A stretch of DNA of 64,000 nucleotides, taken from the NCBI GenBank assembly GCA_963772725.1, contig CAVYYI010000004.1:160001-224000 (forward strand). Reading direction: 5' to 3'. This stretch comes from an uncultured Phycisphaerales bacterium (GTDB lineage Bacteria > Planctomycetota > Phycisphaerae > Sedimentisphaerales > Anaerobacaceae). Each line of letters opens with the position of its first letter. The first letter of the stretch is position 1. Below the pieces are notes generated by a model. It did not search any database. It worked only from the letters and a program-made list of their open reading frames with translations, and was not told the DNA's origin. Shown here one piece after another: positions 9,162-19,294 of this stretch. A program made the position numbers and the translations under genes.

Positions 9162-11711
9162 TCAAAAATACACATACCAAGCCCAGGATCTAAACATATT
9201 TCCTTGAGTTCCAGTAGTAACATTCCAAACACAAATAGAATTACCACACCCTAAAATATATCTACTGTCGCGGGAAAATTTGATAGAATAACGATTATAC
9301 GAATTTTCATTTAATGTAATAACGCAACCTCCACTGTGAACATCCCATATTTTTATAGGTGTATAATGTCCTGATGATGCAACATATTTACCATCAGGTG
9401 AAAAAATGACTGAAGTTAGATTGCGATGATTTGGCTCCTTGAGTGTCCTTAGGCAATCTCCGGTATAAACATCCCAGATTTTAATCTCGCCATGAGAACT
9501 AGCGGAAAGAATATGTTTCCCATCCGGAGAAAAATCAACAGAATTTACATTGCTACTGTGTCCTTCAAGGGTTTTAAGACAATTACCCTTATCAGTCTCC
9601 CATATCTTTACTGTGCCATCAGAACTTCCAGAGACAATATATTTGCCGTCAGGTGAAAAAACGACAGAACAAACGTTATCACTATGCCCTTCTAAAGTCT
9701 TAAAACAAACATCTGTATAGGCATCCCATATCTTTATTGTCTTATCAGAACTTCCAGAGACAATATATTTGCCGTCAGGTGAAAAAACAACTGAATGTAC
9801 CCTATCTGGATGTCCCATTAAAGTTCTAAGACAATTGCCAGTAGGTACATCCCAGATTTTTATTGAATAATCACCACCTGCTGATGCTATATACCTTCCA
9901 TCAGGAGAGAAAACGACAGAATTTACACCATATCTATGTCCCCTTAAAGTTCTGAGGCAATTGCCAGTAGGTGCATCCCAGATTTTTATCGAATCATCAT
10001 AACCCGCTGAAGCTAGATATCTTCCATCTACTGAAAAACTTATATCGCCTACACCTCCTGAGTGGCTTGTTCTCGAGACATACATCATCAACCCTGTTAA
10101 TATTGAGGCTAAAATTAATATGAATAAAAGCCATTGCCAGGGTTTATTTGTTTTATTCAAAGGTTTTTTAAATCTCATATTCGCAAAAAAATGAGCACTA
10201 ATGCTTGCCAAAATTGCCAGTGGAACGATCAACCCGCAAAAGGGTAAAAAAACCTCGCGTCTTGTCACCAAGGTATAAATAATAATCGGTACCACAAGAA
10301 TGGGCAGTGATATAAGCAGTCCCGCAATGGCAGAGAGAAATACGTTACGCATTTTAAAAGCAGCAAGTAATGTTAAAGAGATCGGCAAAGCTAATAAGTA
10401 TAGGAATATAATTTCATCTTCTAAAAAAGTGCCGGTGAAATACCTGAAAAATGCAATTACTACAGCAGCAAGAGAAACTATTATTCCTGACACCATAGCC
10501 AGTGTTAATAGACACCCCAAAGCAAAACCAAATTTTGAACTTTTCAGGAAAGCAAAACAAAAACATATAAATTTCCAACAGAAGCCACCCATTGTCCGTA
10601 TTAAAGCGGTACACAACCCTTTTTTGCTTTCGGTGGGTTCCCCTGTAGGAACAGCCTTTTCAGCACGCCCATGCCCAGCGGTAACTGTTTTTTGGGTCTC
10701 TTGAACAACTATTTTCTTTTCAACCCTGACCTGCGGTTTTGTCTTTAATAGTTCAATAACCTCTCTTGCAGTTTTTGGCCTTTCCTCGGCTTCTTTGGCC
10801 AAAACTCGCTGCAGAACATCATTAGCATAATCAGGAATGCCTTCAATAGGAGCAGGTTTTTCATGGACAATCTGATACTCTATTGGGCCGGTAGAAAATG
10901 GTACTTTTCCGTTTAAACATTCATAGCAAATGACACCCAGAGAATATATATCCATAGATAGTGAGGGTCTCTGACCTCTGACTTGTTCGGGCGACATATA
11001 GGGCAATGTTCCAGAAATATCATCTTTGCCGGTAATGGCGGTGTAGGAATCGTGGATTTCTCTTGCTACGCCGAAATCAAGGATTTTGACATAGCCCTTC
11101 TTGTCTACCATTACATTCGAGGATTTCAAACCCCTGTTAATAACCGGAGGAATTTGACTATGGGCATAATCCAAAGCTGCTGCAATCTTTTCGGCAATAT
11201 TTATAGTCTCTTCGAGACTTACTTTGCCTTGAGGGCTTCTGGAGATTTTTTCTTCGAGTGTTTGCCCATCAATATATTCCATTACCAGAAACTTAATATC
11301 ACCGTCCGAATGAAAACCATATAGACGAATAATGTTAGGATGATTCAGGTTGATGGCCGTGACAGCTTCTTTGCGAAGATTATCTATCGCACGGGTATTT
11401 CTGGAAAGTAACGGCGGAAGCACTTTTACCGCTACCGGCTGATTACGCATTTGGGTGTCTTCGGCAAGGTAAACAACGCCTATCCCGTTTTCGTCTATCT
11501 TTCTGATTATACGGTATTGTCCTACAAGAATAGTAGCTTCGCCGCCTGTGGTTGCCGCAAGGGTATCATATTGAGGTTGTTTGCTTTGCTGCCCAGGTGT
11601 GACTGCACGGTCAAGGGTGTCTGTGTCGTGCCTGTTAAGCAACTTACCGCAGTGTTTGCACTTTAGAGCGTTATCTCTAATTTCCTTATCACAATATGGA
11701 CAGCGTCTCAT
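9162..11711 (-). CDS. Zinc ribbon + degenerate Ser/Thr kinase + TM helices + WD40 repeat protein
   Basis: CPYC...CKHC; VAVK, DFG, SPE; several hydrophobic helices; about 7 GH...SVVFSPDG...IKIWD repeats. Confidence 0.9.
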   Translation of the reverse strand: MRRCPYCDKEIRDNALKCKHCGKLLNRHDTDTLDRAVTPGQQSKQPQYDTLAATTGGEATILVGQYRIIRKIDENGIGVVYLAEDTQMRNQPVAVKVLPPLLSRNTRAIDNLRKEAVTAINLNHPNIIRLYGFHSDGDIKFLVMEYIDGQTLEEKISRSPQGKVSLEETINIAEKIAAALDYAHSQIPPVINRGLKSSNVMVDKKGYVKILDFGVAREIHDSYTAITGKDDISGTLPYMSPEQVRGQRPSLSMDIYSLGVICYECLNGKVPFSTGPIEYQIVHEKPAPIEGIPDYANDVLQRVLAKEAEERPKTAREVIELLKTKPQVRVEKKIVVQETQKTVTAGHGRAEKAVPTGEPTESKKGLCTALIRTMGGFCWKFICFCFAFLKSSKFGFALGCLLTLAMVSGIIVSLAAVVIAFFRYFTGTFLEDEIIFLYLLALPISLTLLAAFKMRNVFLSAIAGLLISLPILVVPIIIYTLVTRREVFLPFCGLIVPLAILASISAHFFANMRFKKPLNKTNKPWQWLLFILILASILTGLMMYVSRTSHSGGVGDISFSVDGRYLASAGYDDSIKIWDAPTGNCLRTLRGHRYGVNSVVFSPDGRYIASAGGDYSIKIWDVPTGNCLRTLMGHPDRVHSVVFSPDGKYIVSGSSDKTIKIWDAYTDVCFKTLEGHSDNVCSVVFSPDGKYIVSGSSDGTVKIWETDKGNCLKTLEGHSSNVNSVDFSPDGKHILSASSHGEIKIWDVYTGDCLRTLKEPNHRNLTSVIFSPDGKYVASSGHYTPIKIWDVHSGGCVITLNENSYNRYSIKFSRDSRYILGCGNSICVWNVTTGTQGNMFRSWAWYVYF

Positions 11712-12488
11712 CCTTGCTATGTCCTATAAAATGGATACAAATAACGACCAGAAAATATCATATATTCTAACAAATGGCCAGAAAATTACATCATGTCATT
11801 TCAATTTTCAATTTGGCAACCTCTCAGCCTCTGAACAAACGCCATGAAAACTATTGTCTGTCATCACACAACTTTAAATGGCCTGTTTTTTTATAGATAG
11901 CAAAATAGCACGCATAAAGGGCCGTATGCCAAGCAAAGCAGAATAGAAATGCCTTAAAAGTAAAGAAATAGGGATAACAGAATCAACAGGATTGACACCG
12001 AGATTTCCCTGCGGGCGGTAATTGAAGCTGATTTTTGTGTATTCGGCTATTTACAATTTTTCCCCCAGCCTTTTTGTACAAAACATAGGCTTCGACGCAG
12101 GACACTATTTATAATTTTTGATCTGTAAGCACCTCATTAGGCCTGATACTATCACATACCCAACAGTAATGTCCCACAAGAACCGCCTTGAGGTGCAGCC
12201 TGTACCACTCTATACGAATGCACATCTGTTTTTTTTATTTATCCATACCTCTGTCCAATCCTCCGAGCATCCAGATTCATTCAAAAGTTCGTAACCATGT
12301 TCCTTCAATACTTCATCTATGTACATTTTATTTCCACCTCCGTACCACTTCAGGCACCGCTTCATTATTAAGCGGTGCCTGAAAAATGAGGTAGAAAGTC
12401 TACGAATTGGCGAAGTCGTCTCTGGAGTTGTAAACTTACCAATGGATTGGGAAAACACATTGCCAAAAGGTATGAAAGCAAAACTTTT

Positions 12489-13281
12489 TTAGGTGCTAAT
12501 AGAACGATAAGAGGCTGAAATTGCAAAGATAAACGTACTTACGATAACAATGCAGGCACCGGTTGGCAAATCAAGGTAAAATGACAGAAAGAATCCTGCC
12601 ACCGTCGACAGGATGCCAAAAAGCATTGAAGTTATAACAACCGCTTTGTGTCCCCTGCAGATTTCGATAGGCTGCAGCAGCTGGATTTGTTATAAGGCTG
12701 AAAATCATCAATCCTCCAATTATTTGTAGATTGACTGAAAGTGTGATACCACACAAGGCCAAAAAAAGACAATAGACCAAACCCTCGTGTACGCCAGTTG
12801 CAGAAGCGATAGAGCGGCTGAATAAAAGCACTTTCATTTCTTTGTTAAAAAGAACGGAAAACAATGCAAGTAACAATCCTATTACTGTAATTGCTATAAC
12901 GGATTTTTTTTGAACAAAAAGAATGCTGCCCCAAAGCAATCCTAACATTTCAGAACGGCTGTTTTCTACCAGACCTATGCCTAAAAAAGTCAGTCCAAGC
13001 ATGAAGGAAAACAGGATAGCCAAACCGACATTTGTATCAAGCCTGGATTTCTCAGGTGGTATAACAGCCATAGACATCGCGGTTGCTATGGAAAAGGCGA
13101 TAGCACCGACAATGGGATGGATTCCAAGCAGACATGAAAAAATTGTCCCAGCCATAGCCGCATGTGAAATGCAGGTGCCAATAAATGGCATTCGCATACC
13201 AACAATATACACTCCCAAAAGGCCGGTGCTTGCTCCTGCAACTGCTCCCGCAAATATAATTAAATAAAAGAAAGAGTCCAT
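12489..13281 (-). CDS. Metal ABC transporter permease (ZnuB/ABC-3 family), 1-bp frameshift near 12665
   Basis: ISHAAMAG motif. A shifted frame restores the C-terminus (...FYLDLPTGACIVIVSTFIF...*) ending at 12489. Confidence 0.85.
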
Positions 13282-13285
13282 AGGT

Positions 13286-14092
13286 TTATTTGCGGTTCCT
13301 TTCCCGGCTGAAAATGTATTTATTTCCTTCTGTTTCAAGAATATTTATTTTGCATTCATACACCTGTTGAATAATTTCTGATGTTAAGACCTGTTCGCTG
13401 TTACCGTCAGCGAGTATATGTCCTTTATGAAGTAAAATAGTACGTTCGGCGTTTACCGGAATTGACATAACTTCGTGTGATACCATTAAAACAGTAAGAT
13501 GCAGTTCCCGTTGAATTTCTCGAACCATAGAGATGATTTTTAATTTCCAGCTGAAATCAAGATTGGATGTTGGTTCATCCAACATAAGCAAAAGAGGCCC
13601 CTGCACCATTGCGCGGGCAATAAGAACTTTCTGCTTTTCACCTCCGGAAAGACTCCGGAAGGTCTGGTTCCTCTGGTCATTGAGCCCAAGTCTTTCGAGC
13701 CATAAGTCCACCTGCTCATAATCAGACCGGTTTAATCTGCTCATAAGCGGCTTTACACTGGTTCGTCCCATTGCAACTATTTCTCTCGATATGAATGGTA
13801 ATTCAGAATTGTACTCAGTAGCTTGAGGAATATAACCGATTCGTTTTCTTAGGTTACTTTTTTGCCAGGGATTAAGTGTGTTTATTGGGATCTGATTAAA
13901 AATAACGGTTCCCTTTGAGGGGTTCAATAATCCGCAGAGTATTTTCAAAAGAGTCGTTTTGCCGGCACCGTTTGTCCCGATTATGTTAATAAACTGGCCG
14001 GATTGAATCTGCAAGTGCTTAATATCGAGTATAGTTTTACCCGAACGGCTTACATTGATATCAGATAATTCCCAAAGAGTTTCCGACATCAT
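13286..14092 (-). CDS. Metal ABC transporter ATP-binding protein
   Basis: GTNGAGKTT, GYIPQ, LSGGEKQK, LDEP, VSH. Confidence 0.92.
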   Translation of the reverse strand: MMSETLWELSDINVSRSGKTILDIKHLQIQSGQFINIIGTNGAGKTTLLKILCGLLNPSKGTVIFNQIPINTLNPWQKSNLRKRIGYIPQATEYNSELPFISREIVAMGRTSVKPLMSRLNRSDYEQVDLWLERLGLNDQRNQTFRSLSGGEKQKVLIARAMVQGPLLLMLDEPTSNLDFSWKLKIISMVREIQRELHLTVLMVSHEVMSIPVNAERTILLHKGHILADGNSEQVLTSEIIQQVYECKINILETEGNKYIFSRERNRK

Positions 14093-14928
14093 TTCGATAC
14101 CTTAATCAGGTTGTTAACATTTTCATGCAGGAGAGCATCAAATCCCGGCAATTGGGTATGAAGGGTATTTTCTTCTGGGAAGTTGCTGAATACAACAAGC
14201 TTGGTCTTTAGATGTTCGGCAAATGCTTCCGCAAATTCTGTCCCTTCCTGTTTGTTGGCGATAACAAAGTTAATCTTGTTTTGACCAGCCTCTTGAAGAT
14301 TATGATTTATCTGAGTCGGTGTCATTGTATCACGACCAGAAAATACCGAAACTGGATTTAATCCCAGCCATTGTGCAAATTCCACCTGATGTTGTGATAC
14401 GATAACATAGCTATTTTCCAATTTTGATTGTTCAATCTGTTCGAGCAACTCACGACTCAGACTTTTCATACGATTCTCAATTTCTACAAGCCTATACTCA
14501 TAATAAGCTTGTCGAGATGGTTTTTCTTCTGACAAAGCCGCAACTATCTGTTTGACAATTGCTAAATATGTATCAGGTATGCACAGTCCCTGTGGCGGAG
14601 CTATGCTGCACATTTTGAGCCCTTTATCTTTTATTCGCGGAATTGCCTTTTCGATATTTTGCTGAAAATCAAAAACGAACAAGATTTTACAATTACATAG
14701 CTGATTTACCTGAGATGGGGATATATCAAAATGTCCCGGACACATTCCCGGTGGCACAAGACTTATAATCTGCTGTTGATTACTGCAGACATCTTCAAGA
14801 ACTGCTTTTAAATAAGAATTTGCAACGGCAATTTCCGGCTTAATATTATTGTCTTCTTTTCGCTTACACCCTTCCATTATGAAGATAGTACAAACAAGCA
14901 AAATGGTGGTTCTTAAATACCTTAACAT
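14089..14928 (-). CDS. Metal ABC substrate-binding lipoprotein (ZnuA/TroA-like)
   Basis: Lipoprotein-like signal (MEGC), PPGMCPGHFD metal site, operon context. Confidence 0.8.
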   Translation of the reverse strand: MLRYLRTTILLVCTIFIMEGCKRKEDNNIKPEIAVANSYLKAVLEDVCSNQQQIISLVPPGMCPGHFDISPSQVNQLCNCKILFVFDFQQNIEKAIPRIKDKGLKMCSIAPPQGLCIPDTYLAIVKQIVAALSEEKPSRQAYYEYRLVEIENRMKSLSRELLEQIEQSKLENSYVIVSQHQVEFAQWLGLNPVSVFSGRDTMTPTQINHNLQEAGQNKINFVIANKQEGTEFAEAFAEHLKTKLVVFSNFPEENTLHTQLPGFDALLHENVNNLIKVSK

Positions 14929-14931
14929 TAA

Positions 14932-15603
14932 TTAATTTCCTCTAAAAGAGCCAATATCATCACCGTTTTTCCAATGTATTCTAACTAAAAAACCTTTATG
15001 CTGCTGAGGGTTGTACCAAACTTCTTTAGGAATCGGGTATCTGCTTCCCAACAGAGAGCGAACCTGATTTTCATCAAAATTAGGGCCTAAACTGAATACA
15101 ACCCATTTTGCAGGCGATGCAGCTATATTATCGTACCATTTTCCGTCAGAGCTTTTAGTGCTGCTTTTTGCGGGGAAATCGTTTGGTAACCAAAGTTGTG
15201 CCTTGATCCATTTATCAATAATATCTCTGTCCGTGACACACTCGCCGATACTTCTGTATTTATAGGTGTGACCGGTATTAAAACGGTCTTCCATCGTTGT
15301 GGACATAGCTTCAAATTGACTGGTACTCGGCAAATAATTACCTTTCGCTAACTGGTCAGGAAGCTGGTACAAGTGATCTTTCAGCGTACCTGCAATACAA
15401 TCCTGCCGAGTTGGTGGGTATTTTTCGTGATCAATATAGTAGCATTCAAGAGCTAAACCAATCTGTCTCAAATCAGCATTAACAGCAAGTATTTTGGCTT
15501 GGAGGCGAGCACGGGCAAGCGATGGTAATAAAATACCCATTAACAATCCCATGATAGATATAACTACCAATAACTCAATAAGCGTAAAACCTTTTTTCAT
15601 CAT
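14932..15603 (-). CDS. Prepilin-type N-terminal cleavage/methylation domain protein
   Basis: KKGFTLIELLVVISIMGLLMGILLPSLARAR; C-terminal FSLGPN. Confidence 0.9.
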   Translation of the reverse strand: MMKKGFTLIELLVVISIMGLLMGILLPSLARARLQAKILAVNADLRQIGLALECYYIDHEKYPPTRQDCIAGTLKDHLYQLPDQLAKGNYLPSTSQFEAMSTTMEDRFNTGHTYKYRSIGECVTDRDIIDKWIKAQLWLPNDFPAKSSTKSSDGKWYDNIAASPAKWVVFSLGPNFDENQVRSLLGSRYPIPKEVWYNPQQHKGFLVRIHWKNGDDIGSFRGN

Positions 15604-15705
15604 ATAGACCATCAAGCGCAACAAAGAACCTAAGGTAATGCAGGAGAAGCCCTAAGCTCTTTGTTAAATCAATTAAAGCCAACGTTATTATAATGTTATG
15701 TTTGC

Positions 15706-16722
15706 TTATTGACCGTCGTCATACAACCCGGCCATTGTCTGCAGCCAGTTTTCTGCAAATTCTGCAAAATCAAAGAAATCAACCTTGAAATCTGAATTTA
15801 TATCACCCGGCAGATTACCGCGTTTATGTCCGCGATCCGTTAGCACCAAGCCGTTACCATCGTAGTTCGTAACCCAAATACGGTAACCATCCTTACAAAT
15901 CGTAGAACTGGTAGCCTCCTGATCGAAAATTCCGATCACATCGATTTGGCCAAGGGGGCAATCGTATCGCGTAAAACCATCGCCAATACCAAGCTTCACA
16001 GGAAACGTCAAACCGCCTGCACTCTTGATGGTAATTGTCTTGTCTGGTCCCCAGTTTTGGGAGTCAACAATATTTACATCATCAATTCTTACCAGACGCC
16101 CCTGATAGTATTCACATCCTACAAGTCTGTTTGGGTCAAAGATAAAGTTGTTACTTCCATCCTTAACCTGGTTAAGAGTAATTATCTCCGGCTGAGGCAG
16201 CCCCACTGCGGGCTTGATAACATTGATAGTAAAATCATAAAATGGCTCAACCCTGTGTTTTTCATTTGTATTTGTTTTGCCTTTGTAGAACTTATACCAA
16301 GCTGTTACTTCTATCCTGTCTCCTGCGGTTATAATATAATCCGTGGCTGGGTCTCTATTTATACGAAATAATTCACTAAGTAATTCCGTGTCATTGTAGT
16401 CTGCCGTCCCGCCATTATTGGTATAATATTGGCCTAACCACAATGCTGTTCCTGCATGGTCATCTCCTTCACCCTGAATATAGATTTGCCACTGGCCGCC
16501 TGCTGAAGTTCCGGGAGTTGGGTCAAGCATTTCTTCAGGATTATTCAATACAATCCCTTGGATTATTACCTTGTCAGTGGCGCTGTATGTCCCGACTCCG
16601 TTGGCATTTACAGCCTGCAATTGACGGTGTGTAACTTCAGCGACAGTAGGCTCATCAGCAAGACTTACTGAACCAAAAGACATCATGATGACAAGCATCA
16701 AGCTAATTTTTTTCATACCCAT
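15706..16722 (-). CDS. Secreted protein with C-terminal dockerin/EF-hand-like motif
   Basis: Signal peptide (VSLA-DE); GDINSDFKVDFFDFAEFAENWL. Confidence 0.8.
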   Translation of the reverse strand: MGMKKISLMLVIMMSFGSVSLADEPTVAEVTHRQLQAVNANGVGTYSATDKVIIQGIVLNNPEEMLDPTPGTSAGGQWQIYIQGEGDDHAGTALWLGQYYTNNGGTADYNDTELLSELFRINRDPATDYIITAGDRIEVTAWYKFYKGKTNTNEKHRVEPFYDFTINVIKPAVGLPQPEIITLNQVKDGSNNFIFDPNRLVGCEYYQGRLVRIDDVNIVDSQNWGPDKTITIKSAGGLTFPVKLGIGDGFTRYDCPLGQIDVIGIFDQEATSSTICKDGYRIWVTNYDGNGLVLTDRGHKRGNLPGDINSDFKVDFFDFAEFAENWLQTMAGLYDDGQ

Positions 16723-16750
16723 TGCTCCTTAAAAAAAGTAATAATTTTCC

Positions 16751-16824
16751 TTGACATAGCGCATACGATTCTTATAATCGTAGTACTGGTGCATAAGAAT
16801 ATGAAATTCGTGCTACCAAGTCAA
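16751..16824. promoter_or_regulatory. Divergent sigma70 promoters overlapped by two tandem putative NikR operators
   Basis: + strand TTGACA-N16-TATAAT (16751-16778); - strand TTGACT-N17-TATTCT (16824-16796); GCATAC-N13-GTAGTAC (16761) and GCATAA-N13-GTGCTAC (16791). Confidence 0.7.
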
Positions 16825-16880
16825 ACATAAAATTATAGTATTTTGAAATATTTTATTTTAAGGTTGTAAGGAGTGTTCTT

Positions 16881-17231
16881 GTGTCCAAGCAGGCTTTTGT
16901 TATCAATCTAAAAAATAATGAGGAATATCACCCATTGTTAAATGGCGAACCGCAAACATGTGGAATGCGGGCAGGCAGAGTTTATTTGAAATCCGGGCAG
17001 TCCTGCGGCCAGCACTCTACGAACGCTCACGAAGAAACACTCGTTTTTCTGTCCGGACAAGGGCAGGCGTTAATCGGCGAAGAAAAAACTTGCCATCCTG
17101 TAGGTAATGGTAAAGTACTGTACATACCACCGCATACGCCCCATGATATCAAAAATTCAGGTAATGAGCCGCTGATTTATATATACTGTGTGGCTCCAAT
17201 AAACAAGGAGAAACAAAATGAGCAAGATTGA
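16881..17231 (+). CDS. Cupin domain protein
   Basis: HSTNAHEE...G.G...YIPPHTPHDIKN cupin-2 pattern; AGGAG RBS, GTG start. Confidence 0.88.
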   Translation: MSKQAFVINLKNNEEYHPLLNGEPQTCGMRAGRVYLKSGQSCGQHSTNAHEETLVFLSGQGQALIGEEKTCHPVGNGKVLYIPPHTPHDIKNSGNEPLIYIYCVAPINKEKQNEQD

Positions 17232-17640
17232 ACGAATAGGTGTTTCACTTGAAAAGGAATTGCTTCCGGCCTTTGATAAGTTAATTGCTGCAGAGGGTTA
17301 TACAACCCGCTCTAAAGCGATTTGCGACCTCATTCGTGAACGCTTGTCGCGGAAGCAGTTGTCTGATTCCTCGGCTCACGCTGTGGCCGGTGTATTTTTA
17401 ATTTATGACCATCACGAAACAAGATTGTCACAAAGATTAGTTGATCTCCAGCATAACTATTTATTGCATATTATCGCATCCACCCATGTCCACCTTAGCC
17501 ATGACGATTGCCTTGAAGTAATAATCTTGAAAGGCAAAGTAAAAGAAATTGAAAAATTAGGCAGCAGCATAGCGTCTTTAAAAGGCGTTAAACTCAGCAA
17601 GATAAATCTTATGATCAGCAGTGATGAATTGATAGCTTAA
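17218..17640 (+). CDS. nikR: Nickel-responsive transcriptional regulator NikR
   Basis: RHH N-terminus (RIGVSL...FD...GY..RS.AI.DLIR); YDHH, QH and HVHLSHDDCLEV Ni-binding motifs. Confidence 0.93.
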   Translation: MSKIERIGVSLEKELLPAFDKLIAAEGYTTRSKAICDLIRERLSRKQLSDSSAHAVAGVFLIYDHHETRLSQRLVDLQHNYLLHIIASTHVHLSHDDCLEVIILKGKVKEIEKLGSSIASLKGVKLSKINLMISSDELIA

Positions 17641-17682
17641 GCTATTATTTATTTCTCTCCATCGTTTTACACGGCAGTATAA

Positions 17683-18465
17683 TTATTCAAGAGTCTGCAA
17701 CCAATTTGAAGCAAATAGGGCAAAATCTAAAAGATTTACCTGTCCATCTCTATTGGTATCTGCTCTTTCATAATAATCATTGGATTTACTACTCTTGTCT
17801 TGAAGCCAGTAGTAGCAGAATTCAGATAAATCGTTTATGTCAACAACGCTGTCAATAGCCAGATCACCCGCCAATGGGTCTTTGACAAATACCAGGCTGA
17901 ATGGTTCTGATTGTTCATATGTACCAAACTGGTCGTAAATAATATATGTAATCCACTGTAAATCTGTCGCACCTGATGGTGCTGGTACCCGGTATTCCAG
18001 ATGCAGATGAGGATCTGAAAGGTTGCTGTGATTAATCCAATCACCAGCTTCATTCAACTCAATGCCCAAGACAGAATTTCTTGCGATAAATCCTGGTTTG
18101 ATGGAAACACATCCGATCATGATCTGGTAATCGACATTGGCTATTCCTTGAAGCTGTCTGTTGGGGTCATCGGCTTTTATTGTATCGAACCCAGGTTCGC
18201 CAATTTGGTACCGGCCATACATTGGATTGTAATATAACGGATAGTGCCAGTTTAACCAGGTAGGATCGCCGCTGTGAGCAGGATCGCTATGCCTGTATTT
18301 TTGTGTGCAATCCACAAACAACTTATTGTCATCGTCAGTGCCAATTATTCCATCAGAATTACAGCCAATTAAAAAATGGTTGAGAGAACAGCCAGCATTA
18401 CATAAACTGACCACCGATAAGTAAATTAATATTATTGTAAACATGAATTCTGTATTCTTTTGCAT
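17683..18465 (-). CDS. Secreted His-motif protein with tandem dockerin-like repeats
   Basis: AGGAGG RBS before ATG 18465; signal-like N-terminus; PHLHLEY; GDLAIDSVVDINDL and ADTNRDGQVNLLDFALFASNWL. Confidence 0.8.
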   Translation of the reverse strand: MQKNTEFMFTIILIYLSVVSLCNAGCSLNHFLIGCNSDGIIGTDDDNKLFVDCTQKYRHSDPAHSGDPTWLNWHYPLYYNPMYGRYQIGEPGFDTIKADDPNRQLQGIANVDYQIMIGCVSIKPGFIARNSVLGIELNEAGDWINHSNLSDPHLHLEYRVPAPSGATDLQWITYIIYDQFGTYEQSEPFSLVFVKDPLAGDLAIDSVVDINDLSEFCYYWLQDKSSKSNDYYERADTNRDGQVNLLDFALFASNWLQTLE

Positions 18466-18490
18466 TTCAAGTAACCTCCTTAATAAAAAG

Positions 18491-19267
18491 TTAATCATCC
18501 GCTGGCCAGCGAGGTGCAACATCAGGAAACCAAAAGCAATTTCCCGGCCAGCTATAAGTTTGTTCTATTTCGAGTGTCTCATTGTGGCCGTCTATGAAAA
18601 GGTAATTTGATTTTCCGGAGTGACGGTCCCATGCAATTTGTCCCTTTGCAAGTTGAATATTGCAGAACCACTGTTCCGGATGCAGGTGGTCAGCAGAAGT
18701 CCATGATGAAGGACTTTCGGCAACATAGATGCAATATTGAGGTTTGCGAATAGACCTGGCCACATTGTATCTGCCGCCATATCGGGGACATCTGGAGTCA
18801 AGCAAAGCGTTAAGCGCAAAGCTCGACCATCGTAAATCTTTCGGCTGCTCACTAAGCGGTTTGTTCCAGTCGATGAAATTTTTAGCCTTATCACTTGGGC
18901 ACCTGAATAACAGTTCTTCGCCGGTATATTTAGACAATATCTTGATCCAGTATTTGTTCGGATCAGAAATATGACAGGAACTGTCAGGAAGGTGGTCATC
19001 ATTGTCTAAAAGGTATATGGTCAAAGCTATGCCCGTTTGACGCATATTACTGGAACACACTAACTTTTTAGCTTGCTGTCGTGCTTTGTTAAGAGAAGGC
19101 AACAGTATGCCCAACAAAAGTGCAATGATTGATATCACTACCAGCAGTTCAATTAGTGTAAATGCATTGTGTCGGTAATTGTACGGGGATATATAGCTGG
19201 GACAGTTTATCCTGCCCCAGCTATGCTTGCCACACAAATTGCGGAATATAAACTCTTTATGTTTCAT
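18491..19267 (-). CDS. DUF1559-type prepilin protein with H-X9-DG motif
   Basis: AFTLIELLVVISIIALLLGILLPSL; CSSNMRQ; FRCPSD; RHSGKSNYLFIDGH. Confidence 0.9.
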   Translation of the reverse strand: MKHKEFIFRNLCGKHSWGRINCPSYISPYNYRHNAFTLIELLVVISIIALLLGILLPSLNKARQQAKKLVCSSNMRQTGIALTIYLLDNDDHLPDSSCHISDPNKYWIKILSKYTGEELLFRCPSDKAKNFIDWNKPLSEQPKDLRWSSFALNALLDSRCPRYGGRYNVARSIRKPQYCIYVAESPSSWTSADHLHPEQWFCNIQLAKGQIAWDRHSGKSNYLFIDGHNETLEIEQTYSWPGNCFWFPDVAPRWPADD

Positions 19268-19294
19268 TTCAGATTCCCAAAGAGCCTTCTACAA

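Noticed and set aside
12110..12458. ORF 12210-12458 and hairpin 12349-12383
   Set aside because: Looks like a frameshifted remnant (GHYCWVC in another frame); the hairpin lacks a U-tract; no function can be supported.
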